Assembly: GCA_028278545.1 (NCBI GenBank)
Contig: JANQED010000128.1
Coordinates: 11,561 to 75,560, forward strand
Length of the DNA stretch: 64,000 nucleotides
From: Anaerolineales bacterium
GTDB taxonomy: Bacteria; Chloroflexota; Anaerolineae; Anaerolineales; UBA11858
Reading direction: 5' to 3'
Both the position numbers and the translations under genes were made by a program. Numbering within the stretch: position 1 is the stretch's first letter; every line of letters begins with the position of its first letter. Positions 48,772-57,180 of the stretch are shown here, in pieces. The notes beneath the pieces were generated by a model. It ran no database searches. It had not been told where the DNA came from and saw nothing but the letters and a program-made list of their open reading frames with translations.

Positions 48772-50715
48772 ATGACGGATTCAAACGATCTTTACCGCCA
48801 GCTTTACCGCATCCGCCGCTTCGAGGAGACGGTCTTAGATAACTTCTCTAAGGGAGTGTTTTTTGGGACGACGCACACGTATTTAGGGCAGGAAGCCAAT
48901 GCAGTTGGCGTGCTGGCGCATCTGCAGGATGGCGAGATCGTTTTCAGCAATCACCGCTGCCATGGGCATTTTTTGGCCTATGGCGGTGATATGCGCGCGC
49001 TTTTTGCCGAATTGATGGGCAAGTCCACAGGGGTTTGCGGCGGGCGGGGGGGCTCTCAACATCTGCACTGGCAGAACTTCTATTCCAACGGCGTGCAGGG
49101 CGGCATCCTGCCTGTCGCTGCGGGCATGGCGCTGGCCGAAAAACGGAGGCAGAGCGGCAAACTTGTCATTGCCTTTTTGGGTGACGGCACATTCGGTGAA
49201 GGCGTGCTCTATGAGGCGCTCAACATGGCTTCGTTGTGGGAGGCGCCGATTTTGTTTGTAGTCGAGGATAACCGCATTGCCCAGACGACGCCGGTAGAAC
49301 TGGCCCTGGCCGGGTCGATAACCTCCCGGTGCATGGCCTTTGATATCCCTGCGGTTGAAATCGATTCCAGTGGCGTGTTGGAGGTCTCGTCGCATGCAGA
49401 GCGGTTATTGGATGAAATCCGACTTCAAGGTGGTCCGCGGGCTTTGGTCGTACATACCTGTCGGTTTGGGCCTCATTCCAAAGGGGATGACACGCGAGAC
49501 CCTGCGGTGGTTGCCGCCTTCAGGCGCGAACGTGATCCCCTGATGATCCATGCACCCCGCCTTGACCCGGAGGCGCGCGCCGCCATCGAAGCTGAAGTCA
49601 ACCTTGAAGTGGAAACGGCCTTTGCCCAGGCGATGGATGATCCATGGCCGGTCGCTGATTGGCAGCCGTCCGTGCAAACGACCCAACATCAACCATCAAC
49701 ATCCAGCGACCAACCTAGCGTGCTTAAATCTCTCAACGCCGCCCTTCATCAGGCCCTTTCCAAAGATGATGGTTTCGTTGTATTGGGTGAAGATATCCTG
49801 GATCCTTACGGGGGAGCGTTCAAGGTCACTCAGGGGCTCTCAGAAGCGTTTCCTGAGCGTGTTTTGACCACCCCTATCTCTGAAGCGGGCATCGTCGGTG
49901 TGGCGGCTGGGATGGCTTTACGCGGCCTGAGGCCGGTTGTGGAGATCATGTTTGGGGATTTCGTCACCCTGATCGCCGACCAGGTGATCAATCATGTTGC
50001 CAAGTTCCGCTGGATGTACAACGATCAGGTGCGAGTCCCCTTGGTGATCCGCACGCCGATGGGCGGGCGGCGCGGTTATGGCCCCACCCACAGCCAGACG
50101 CTGGAGAAGCTCTTTTTGGGTGTGCCGGGCCTGCGCGTCGTAGCGCCTACGGCCTTGGGCGCCCCGGGTGATTTGCTGGCCCAGGCCATTATAGATGACG
50201 ACCCCGTTCTGTTTGTGGAGAATAAGCTGCTGTACCTGCAAAAACTTCACCACGGAGATGTTTTGAGCGATTTTGAACTGCACAGTCATTCAGTATCTGG
50301 CACATATGCGCCTACATACACCCTTTCGATGCGGGGAGCGCCCGCGCCGGGGCTGACCATCCTGGCTTATGGGTACATGGCTGAATTAGCCCGGCAAGCA
50401 GTGTTCCAACTGGCGTATGAGCATGAGATTTTTGCTGAGTTGGTCGTGCCGACGCAGCTTTCCCCCTTTGAAAATGATCCCATCAGCGCATCCATTGGGC
50501 GCACGCGCAGAGTATTGGCCGTGGAAGAGGGCACCCTGACCCTGGGCTGGGGCGCAGAAATCCTGGCTCGCGCATCTGAAGAGATGGGGACTAATTTGCT
50601 CGTTTCTCGGCGGGTAGCGGCACGGGATTTGCCCATTCCCGCCTCGGGTCCGCTGGAACAGGCGGTGCTTCCCGGCGTCGCCGATATTGTCGAGGCTGCC
50701 CGAAAGATGGTATAA
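48772..50715 (+). CDS. Fused 2-oxoacid dehydrogenase-type E1 alpha/beta (ThDP enzyme)
   Basis: Alpha: HTYLGQEA, NHRCHGH, GRGGSQH, ThDP motif GDG...EDN, RFGPHS. Beta: LGEDI, TPISEAG, VEIMFGDF, YGPTHSQ, VEEG. Confidence 0.92.
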   Translation: MTDSNDLYRQLYRIRRFEETVLDNFSKGVFFGTTHTYLGQEANAVGVLAHLQDGEIVFSNHRCHGHFLAYGGDMRALFAELMGKSTGVCGGRGGSQHLHWQNFYSNGVQGGILPVAAGMALAEKRRQSGKLVIAFLGDGTFGEGVLYEALNMASLWEAPILFVVEDNRIAQTTPVELALAGSITSRCMAFDIPAVEIDSSGVLEVSSHAERLLDEIRLQGGPRALVVHTCRFGPHSKGDDTRDPAVVAAFRRERDPLMIHAPRLDPEARAAIEAEVNLEVETAFAQAMDDPWPVADWQPSVQTTQHQPSTSSDQPSVLKSLNAALHQALSKDDGFVVLGEDILDPYGGAFKVTQGLSEAFPERVLTTPISEAGIVGVAAGMALRGLRPVVEIMFGDFVTLIADQVINHVAKFRWMYNDQVRVPLVIRTPMGGRRGYGPTHSQTLEKLFLGVPGLRVVAPTALGAPGDLLAQAIIDDDPVLFVENKLLYLQKLHHGDVLSDFELHSHSVSGTYAPTYTLSMRGAPAPGLTILAYGYMAELARQAVFQLAYEHEIFAELVVPTQLSPFENDPISASIGRTRRVLAVEEGTLTLGWGAEILARASEEMGTNLLVSRRVAARDLPIPASGPLEQAVLPGVADIVEAARKMV

Positions 50716-50815
50716 CATATGCGGCGGCTTGCTACGCTGAATATTCTGTTACTCGATTCCATTGTTGCTCCGGGAGTCGGAGGAGTCTTCATGAACGGAC
50801 GATTACCTTGAAAGG

Positions 50816-51949
50816 GTGGGGCAGGCTGAATTGGGCACACATAATTCCATAATCATCCCCCTGATCAACCCCAACGAACCCGAGGCCTTGCTGGCCGACT
50901 TGCATGTTGAAGATGGTCAGCGGGTTGCCGCGAACGAGTTGATCTGTACGCTGGAAACGACCAAATCTACGGCTGAGGTGTTGGCCGAGGGCGAGGGCTT
51001 TATCGTTGGGCTGCGTTTCAATGTCGGTGATACGGTGCGGGCCGGGGACATTCTGTGTTATCTGGCTGACTCGCCTGATGAGTTGCCCCAAGAAGCAGAA
51101 TCAACAGCGTTGGATGCCGGCAACCAGGTTGAAGGTGAGACCGAGGCTCCCCCTGAAGGGCTGCGCATCACCCAACCAGCGCTGAATCTGGCCCGGGAGC
51201 TAGGCGTCCCATTGGATGCATTTCCGATAGGCCCCCTCGTTACTGAGCAGATGGTCAGCGCGCGGGCGCGGGATCAGGAGGTCGCCTTCCAAGTCCCCAA
51301 GGGCGAGTTCGATCCCATGGCGATCATCATCTATGGCGGCGGTGGACATGGCAAGGCGCTGCTGGACTTATTAAGGGCCTTGGGCACTTACCGCATCGTG
51401 GGATTCGTGGACGATGGTCTTGCGGCTGGCGAGCAGATCATGGGGGCACCGGTCTTGGGCACCGGGGAGGTGCTGGGGGATTTGTTCGATCAAGGTGTGC
51501 GCTTGGCGGTCAACGCCGTGGGCGGCATTGGCGATGTGGCTGTGCGGGTGGAGGTCTTCCAACGCCTGGCGGAGAACGGCTTTAGCTGCCCGGCGGTGGC
51601 CCATCCAAGGGCCTATATAGAACCAGGCGCAACGTTAGCCCCGGGAGTGCAAGTATTCCCAAACGCTTATGTGGGCAGCGATGTCCGGGTTGGTTTTGGG
51701 AGTATTGTCAATACGGGGTCAATAATCTCGCACGATTGCACCTTGGGCAACTATGTCAATATATCCCCTGGAGCCATCCTGGCAGGGGAAGTCGCCGTAG
51801 GAGATGGCGCTCTGGTGGGGATGGGGGTGACGGTCAATTTGCGAGTTGAGATCGGCGCTGGTGCCCGCGTGGGGAATGGCGCAACGGTGATATCTGATGT
51901 GCCCGCCAATGGAGTGGTGCGTGCCGGAACGATCTGGCCGGATAGATAA
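50816..51949 (+). CDS. Fusion of lipoyl domain, peripheral-subunit-binding-like domain and PglD/NeuD-type sugar acyltransferase
   Basis: Lipoyl motif LETTKSTAEV...GDTVRAGDIL; ITQPALNLARELGV (PSBD-like); YGGGGHGK...GFVDD (PglD N-domain); hexapeptide repeats with NTGSIISHDC. Start uncertain. Confidence 0.85.
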   Translation: MGQAELGTHNSIIIPLINPNEPEALLADLHVEDGQRVAANELICTLETTKSTAEVLAEGEGFIVGLRFNVGDTVRAGDILCYLADSPDELPQEAESTALDAGNQVEGETEAPPEGLRITQPALNLARELGVPLDAFPIGPLVTEQMVSARARDQEVAFQVPKGEFDPMAIIIYGGGGHGKALLDLLRALGTYRIVGFVDDGLAAGEQIMGAPVLGTGEVLGDLFDQGVRLAVNAVGGIGDVAVRVEVFQRLAENGFSCPAVAHPRAYIEPGATLAPGVQVFPNAYVGSDVRVGFGSIVNTGSIISHDCTLGNYVNISPGAILAGEVAVGDGALVGMGVTVNLRVEIGAGARVGNGATVISDVPANGVVRAGTIWPDR

Positions 51950-52117
51950 GGGACCTCGGAAGCCAGGATTTGATCACTTTCTCCTGGTTTACGCTTGCCA
52001 ATTCTTTGGTATAATCTGCCCGCTGACTAGACCGGTCGGTGGCCAGAGAAAAATGGCTGCTGGCTTGGAGACCTGCTTTTAGTAGCAATAAAATGAATTA
52101 AGGAGATAGCAGACGTC

Positions 52118-52390
52118 ATGTCGCTAGAAAAAGAAGCTAAACAAAACCTGATTACTGAGTATTCGCGTCACGATAATGACACGGGTTCCCCAGAGGTCCA
52201 GGTCGCGATCTTAACGGAGCGCATTCAACAACTTACGGACCATCTGCGGACCCACAAACATGATGAATCTTCCCGACGAGGGTTGTTGAAAATGGTTGGG
52301 CGTCGGCGGCGACTGCTTAGATATCTTCGCCGTAAGGATTACCAGCGCTTTGTTGCCCTATCGACCCAGTTAGGTATTCGTAAAGTCTAG
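52118..52390 (+). CDS. rpsO: 30S ribosomal protein S15
   Basis: [35 protein letters not shown]. Confidence 0.99.
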   Translation: MSLEKEAKQNLITEYSRHDNDTGSPEVQVAILTERIQQLTDHLRTHKHDESSRRGLLKMVGRRRRLLRYLRRKDYQRFVALSTQLGIRKV

Positions 52391-52402
52391 TGTGAAATAT
52401 CG

Positions 52403-52438
52403 AAGTAGGTGGATCCGCAGGTCTCCATCTACTTTTTT
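52403..52438 (+). terminator. Intrinsic terminator after rpsO
   Basis: AAGTAGGTGGA...TCCATCTACTT with a T run. Confidence 0.75.
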
Positions 52439-52629
52439 GGGCGTAATTTATCGTACTTTCGTCTGTCTATCCGATAACAGTGTTTTGTGGATGTGCTTCG
52501 CACATTGCTTGCGTGCACATTCAGTTTTTATGAGCCCGCCCTTAGGTTGGGAATTGGGAGATGGAGATAACTCAATTCGTTGTCTAAAACTCCCAATCCC
52601 TAACCGGCGGGACAATGGTAGGAGGTACC

Positions 52630-54828
52630 ATGAAACCCGAAGTAAAACGTTATGAAGTATTGGTCGGCAGCAAGCCGCAGATTTTTGAGACCGGTCGATT
52701 GGCTGGTCAGGCTGGCGGTGCTGTGACTGTTGGATGCGGTGACGCCTTGGTTATGGGTGTTGCCACGATGAGTGCTGAGCCCCGTGAAGGGATCGATTTT
52801 CTACCCCTGACAGTGGATTACGAAGAGCGCATGTATGCTGGGGGCACGATCCCCGGCTCTTTTTTCCGTCGAGAGGGACGCCCCTCGGAGAATGCGATTC
52901 TGATTAACCGCCTTACAGACCGCCCCCTGCGGCCGCTCTTCCCCAAGGATTTACGTAATTCTGTGCAGGTGATCATGTACGCCTTTTCGGCGGACGACAT
53001 CACCCCGCTGGATATCCTGGCTATCAATGCGGCTTCCGCGGCTGTGACCATTTCGGATATCCCTTGGGACGGACCGGTTGGCGCCGTGCGCATTGGGCTG
53101 ATTGATGGTGAATTTGTGGTCAACCCCACCTACGATGAGATGGGCGCGTCAGACCTGGATTTACGGCTGGCCGGAACCCGAGATGCGGTGCTTATGGTGG
53201 AGTGTGGCGCGAATGAGCTGTCCGAAACGCAGATTATCGAGGCGGTGGAATTCGGTCACCAGGCCATGCAGCCAATCATCGAGACCTTCGAGAAAATGGC
53301 TCAGGAAGTTGGCAAGCCCAAACGGGAATATCCCTCTTTCGTTCTCGATGAGCAGTTCAAGAAGGATGTATTTGCGCGTGTGGAAGCTCCCCTGAATGAG
53401 CTGTTCGATCAAACCCTCCCTAAAGCGGAAGCTAAGCAGGCCATGCTGGCGTTCAAAGCGGATGTTATTGCTGAGTTCGCTGGTGAGGACGAGGCGCTGC
53501 TCAGTGATGCTAAAGAGGCCTTTGATGCCGCTCATAAAGCCGTTGTGCGCTCTCGCATCTTGAATGAGGGCACCAGGCCTGATGGCCGCGACTTCACCAC
53601 TGTGCGTCCGATCTGGTGCGATATCGACACCAGCTCGCGTGCTCATGGTACCGGTCTCTTCACACGTGGTGAAACCCAGGTGATGACCCTGGCTACTTTG
53701 GGAACGCCGCGTGACGCCCAAACGATGGACAACCTGACCCCGGTGGAAACCAAGCGCTATATCCACCACTACAATTTCCCACCCTTCTCCACCGGTGAAG
53801 CGCGCTTTTTGAGGGGCGCCTCAAGACGCGAGGTGGGTCACGGGGCTCTGGCAGAACGGGCGCTGCTGCCGATGATCCCAGATGAGAAAACATTTCCGTA
53901 CACCCTGCGTTTGGTGTCTGAAGTGTTGTCGTCCAACGGATCCTCGTCAATGGCCTCGGTTTGTGGTTCCACACTGGCGCTCATGGATACTGGTGTGCCC
54001 ATAAAAGCCCCCGTTTCGGGTGTGGCAATGGGCTTGGTAAAAGAGGGTGACCGTTACGCTATCCTGACCGACATCCAAGGTCTGGAAGATCACCTTGGCG
54101 ATATGGATTTCAAGGTGGCCGGGACCGATAATGGCGTCACTGCCTTGCAGATGGATATCAAGATCAAGGGTCTCACTGCCGAACTCATGGCTGAAGCCCT
54201 TGCGCAGGCTAAGGAAGCTCGCGCCCACATCTTGCGGCAGATGTTGGAAACCATCGCTGAGCCGCGTCCGGAATTAAAGCCCCACGTCCCGCGCATTGTG
54301 ACTGTTCAAATCCCTGAAGACAAGATCGGCGCGGTGATTGGCCCAGGCGGCAAGATCATCCGCGGTATTCAGGATGAGACGGGCGTTCAAATTGACATCG
54401 AAGAGGATGGCACCGTGTTCATCGCGTCCTCTGATGGCGAGGGAGCCCGCCTGGCCCGCGAGCAGATCGAACGGCTCACAGAAACCCCGGAAGTAGGCCG
54501 CATCTATACCGGGAAGGTCACCGGCATTCAGGATTTTGGTTGTTTTGTCGAGATCACCCCTGGTACAGATGGGCTAGTTCATATCTCTCAGCTTGACACA
54601 CAGCGCGTACAAAGCGTTGAAGATGTGGTCAAAAAGGACGATGAGATCACGGTTATGGTGACAGAAATCAACCAGCGCTCGGGAAAGATCCGCCTCTCAC
54701 GGCGGGCCGTACTCGAAGGCTGGACTGTGGAAGAAGCGATTGCCAGCGACCGCCCGGGAGGAGGGAAACGACGACCTTCGAAACGTCATTCCTCCAATCG
54801 GCGTGATCGCGGCCCAAGACGAGATTGA
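52630..54828 (+). CDS. pnp: Polyribonucleotide nucleotidyltransferase
   Basis: FFRREGRP, DRPLRPLFP, RREVGHG, SNGSSSMAS, GDMDFKVAGT, KH and S1 domains. Confidence 0.98.
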   Translation: MKPEVKRYEVLVGSKPQIFETGRLAGQAGGAVTVGCGDALVMGVATMSAEPREGIDFLPLTVDYEERMYAGGTIPGSFFRREGRPSENAILINRLTDRPLRPLFPKDLRNSVQVIMYAFSADDITPLDILAINAASAAVTISDIPWDGPVGAVRIGLIDGEFVVNPTYDEMGASDLDLRLAGTRDAVLMVECGANELSETQIIEAVEFGHQAMQPIIETFEKMAQEVGKPKREYPSFVLDEQFKKDVFARVEAPLNELFDQTLPKAEAKQAMLAFKADVIAEFAGEDEALLSDAKEAFDAAHKAVVRSRILNEGTRPDGRDFTTVRPIWCDIDTSSRAHGTGLFTRGETQVMTLATLGTPRDAQTMDNLTPVETKRYIHHYNFPPFSTGEARFLRGASRREVGHGALAERALLPMIPDEKTFPYTLRLVSEVLSSNGSSSMASVCGSTLALMDTGVPIKAPVSGVAMGLVKEGDRYAILTDIQGLEDHLGDMDFKVAGTDNGVTALQMDIKIKGLTAELMAEALAQAKEARAHILRQMLETIAEPRPELKPHVPRIVTVQIPEDKIGAVIGPGGKIIRGIQDETGVQIDIEEDGTVFIASSDGEGARLAREQIERLTETPEVGRIYTGKVTGIQDFGCFVEITPGTDGLVHISQLDTQRVQSVEDVVKKDDEITVMVTEINQRSGKIRLSRRAVLEGWTVEEAIASDRPGGGKRRPSKRHSSNRRDRGPRRD

Positions 54829-54864
54829 TACTTCATCCAAAGGAAGGGGGATCGCTGTGAAGAG

Positions 54865-54894
54865 AACAGGCTGCGAGCGTCGCAGCCTGTTTTT
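54865..54894 (+). terminator. Intrinsic terminator after pnp
   Basis: AACAGGCTGCGA...TCGCAGCCTGTTTTT. Confidence 0.85.
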
Positions 54895-54919
54895 GTACCG
54901 TGTTTCAGGCCGGTGACCT

Positions 54920-55036
54920 AGTGGATTGTCAGGTTTTAAGAAGTTCAACTTCTTTTAATTGCTTAAGGATGAAAGCAGATATGTAAAGAAGTTGAACTTC
55001 TAGATGAATTTACATGTATTAGCATTGCCGCGCACT
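54920..55036. mobile_element. MITE/REPIN-like element, copy 2
   Basis: Homologous to 44569-44683; bounded by CCTAGTG...CACTAGG. Confidence 0.6.
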
Positions 55037-55166
55037 AGGGAAGCTAGTGGTTGTTGTAACTTTTTGGTGATGGGTGCATCTAAATACTCGAAACAAGCCC
55101 AAATCGCTTGGTAAAATACTTGGGACTATTGTCGTCAGTACCCATTGAAAACAGTTGAGGCTTGAA

Positions 55167-56099
55167 ATGTCTGAAAATAATGTACACAAAATGATCATCA
55201 TTGGCTCAGGCCCTGCCGGGCTTGCCGCTGCATTGTATGCTTCCAGAGCCAATTTGGAACCGGTCGTGTTCACAGGTATGTTGCTGGGTGGACAGGTTGC
55301 CAATACGCATATTGTGGAGAATTATCCTGGGTTCCCAGATGGCATCAGCGGCCCGGATTTGGTCGAAGCCTTTAAGAAGCAGGCTGAACGGTTTGGTACG
55401 CGCATTGAATTCGACAACGTCACGGCACTCGATCTCTCGGAACGCCCCTTCAAAGTCACCACCTATGGAGGCGATCACTACGCCGAAACCTTGATTATTA
55501 CCACTGGCGCCAACCCGCGCAAATTGGAGATCCCTGGCGAGGAAGAGTTCACGGGTCGAGGAGTCTCTTATTGCGCGACCTGTGATGGTCATTTCTTCAC
55601 CGACAAAGATGTTGTTGTCGTGGGTGGCGGGGATAGCGCCATGGAAGAAGGGCTCTTCCTGACGCGCTATGCCAATTCTGTGACCGTGGTTCATCGCCGC
55701 GACGAACTGCGCGCCGGGAAGTTGATGCAGGAGCGGGCCTTCAACAACCCCAAGGTCGAGTTTATATGGGATACCGTGCTTACGGAAATCGAAGGAAATG
55801 GCGTTGTGCAGTCCGTTCGATTGCAGAACAAGAAGACGGGTGAAGAATCACGCTTCTCCACTGATGGGGCCTTCATCTTCATCGGCCATATCCCCAACAC
55901 TGAACTCTACGAGGGGCAGCTCGAGATGGATGAGTTAGGTTATCTTGTCGTAGACAAGTATATGCAAACCAATGTTCCCGGAGTCTATGCTGCTGGAGAG
56001 GTGGCGGATTCACATTTTCGTCAGGTGATCACCTCAGCAGGGATGGGAGCGGCCGCAGCCATGCAGACGACCCATTTCCTTGAAGAACAATCTAGTTAA
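55167..56099 (+). CDS. trxB: Thioredoxin reductase
   Basis: [43 protein letters not shown]. Confidence 0.97.
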   Translation: MSENNVHKMIIIGSGPAGLAAALYASRANLEPVVFTGMLLGGQVANTHIVENYPGFPDGISGPDLVEAFKKQAERFGTRIEFDNVTALDLSERPFKVTTYGGDHYAETLIITTGANPRKLEIPGEEEFTGRGVSYCATCDGHFFTDKDVVVVGGGDSAMEEGLFLTRYANSVTVVHRRDELRAGKLMQERAFNNPKVEFIWDTVLTEIEGNGVVQSVRLQNKKTGEESRFSTDGAFIFIGHIPNTELYEGQLEMDELGYLVVDKYMQTNVPGVYAAGEVADSHFRQVITSAGMGAAAAMQTTHFLEEQSS

Positions 56100-56105
56100 C
56101 GATTT

Positions 56106-56140
56106 CACCCCCTGGCATTTCAAAGCCGGGGGGTGTTTTT
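56106..56140 (+). terminator. Intrinsic terminator after trxB
   Basis: CACCCCCTGGC...GCCGGGGGGTG followed by TTTTT. Confidence 0.8.
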
Positions 56141-56220
56141 ATATCTGGAAAAATCTGGTAAGAATAGTAGAATTGCATCGTTGTCATAAATATTTATCTC
56201 TCAACCTGGAGGAGGATTGA

Positions 56221-57153
56221 ATGAGCAAAAAAGTCTCGATTATTGGCGCCGGGATGACAGGATCGACAACAGCCCACTGGCTGGCGCAACGGGAAATAGC
56301 CGATCTTGTATTGGTAGATGTTGTCGAAGGGATGCCTGAGGGCAAGGCCCTGGATTTACTGGAGGCGATGCCAGTGATTGGCAAAGATGTCTCTATTACA
56401 GGTGCGGGAGGGGCTGGCTTCGAGGCTACGGCAGGCTCGGACATCATCGTTATCACTGCGGGATTGCCTCGCAAACCGGGCATGAGCCGCGATGATCTGC
56501 TGGCGGCGAATTCAGAGATTGTTGGCAAAGTTGCTGAGGAGACCATTAAGCTCTCCCCAGATGCAATTTATATCGTGTTGACGAATCCATTAGATGTGAT
56601 GACTTATCTTACCTGGAAGAAGACCGGACTGCCGCCGAACCGCGTCATCGGGCAGGCTGGCATTCTCGATTCAGCCCGCATGCGGGCCTTCGTTGCCCTG
56701 GCATTGAATGTCAGCGTGGAGAATATCAATTGCTACGTGTTGGGCGGTCATGGGGATTCTATGGTACCCCTCACCCGGCATTCCAATGTGGCCGGTGTGC
56801 CTCTGCACAAAACCATGTCAGCAGAGCTTCTGGATGGGATCGTCGAGCGCACCCGCAGCGGTGGAGGCGAGATCGTCAAACTGCTCAAGCAGGGGAGTGC
56901 CTATTATGCACCTTCTGCTGCCATCGCCCAGATGGTAGAGGCTATCCTGAAAGATAAGCAGCTCATCGTGCCGGCGGCGGTCTATATGCAGGGTGAATAC
57001 GGGCTGAAAGACATCTATTTTGGCGCTCCGGCCCAGCTTGGGGCCAACGGCGTTGAAAAGATCATTGAATATGATTTGAATGATGAAGAAATGGCCGCAC
57101 TCAAGCAATCTGCTGAAGGCGTGGCCGCCAACACCGCCAAGTTAGGGCTATAA
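56221..57153 (+). CDS. mdh: Malate dehydrogenase (LDH-like)
   Basis: IIGAG, GKALD, TAGLPRKPGMSRDDL, NPLD, LDSAR, GGHGD. Confidence 0.96.
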   Translation: MSKKVSIIGAGMTGSTTAHWLAQREIADLVLVDVVEGMPEGKALDLLEAMPVIGKDVSITGAGGAGFEATAGSDIIVITAGLPRKPGMSRDDLLAANSEIVGKVAEETIKLSPDAIYIVLTNPLDVMTYLTWKKTGLPPNRVIGQAGILDSARMRAFVALALNVSVENINCYVLGGHGDSMVPLTRHSNVAGVPLHKTMSAELLDGIVERTRSGGGEIVKLLKQGSAYYAPSAAIAQMVEAILKDKQLIVPAAVYMQGEYGLKDIYFGAPAQLGANGVEKIIEYDLNDEEMAALKQSAEGVAANTAKLGL

Positions 57154-57180
57154 AAGGACAGATTGATAGAAAGGATCGAG

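Noticed and set aside
48772-51949. Ordinary pyruvate dehydrogenase operon
   Set aside because: No E2 catalytic domain and no E3; the lipoyl protein ends in a hexapeptide-repeat sugar acyltransferase.
52020-52085. S15 autoregulatory leader RNA
   Set aside because: Position is plausible, but I could not match a known leader structure by eye.
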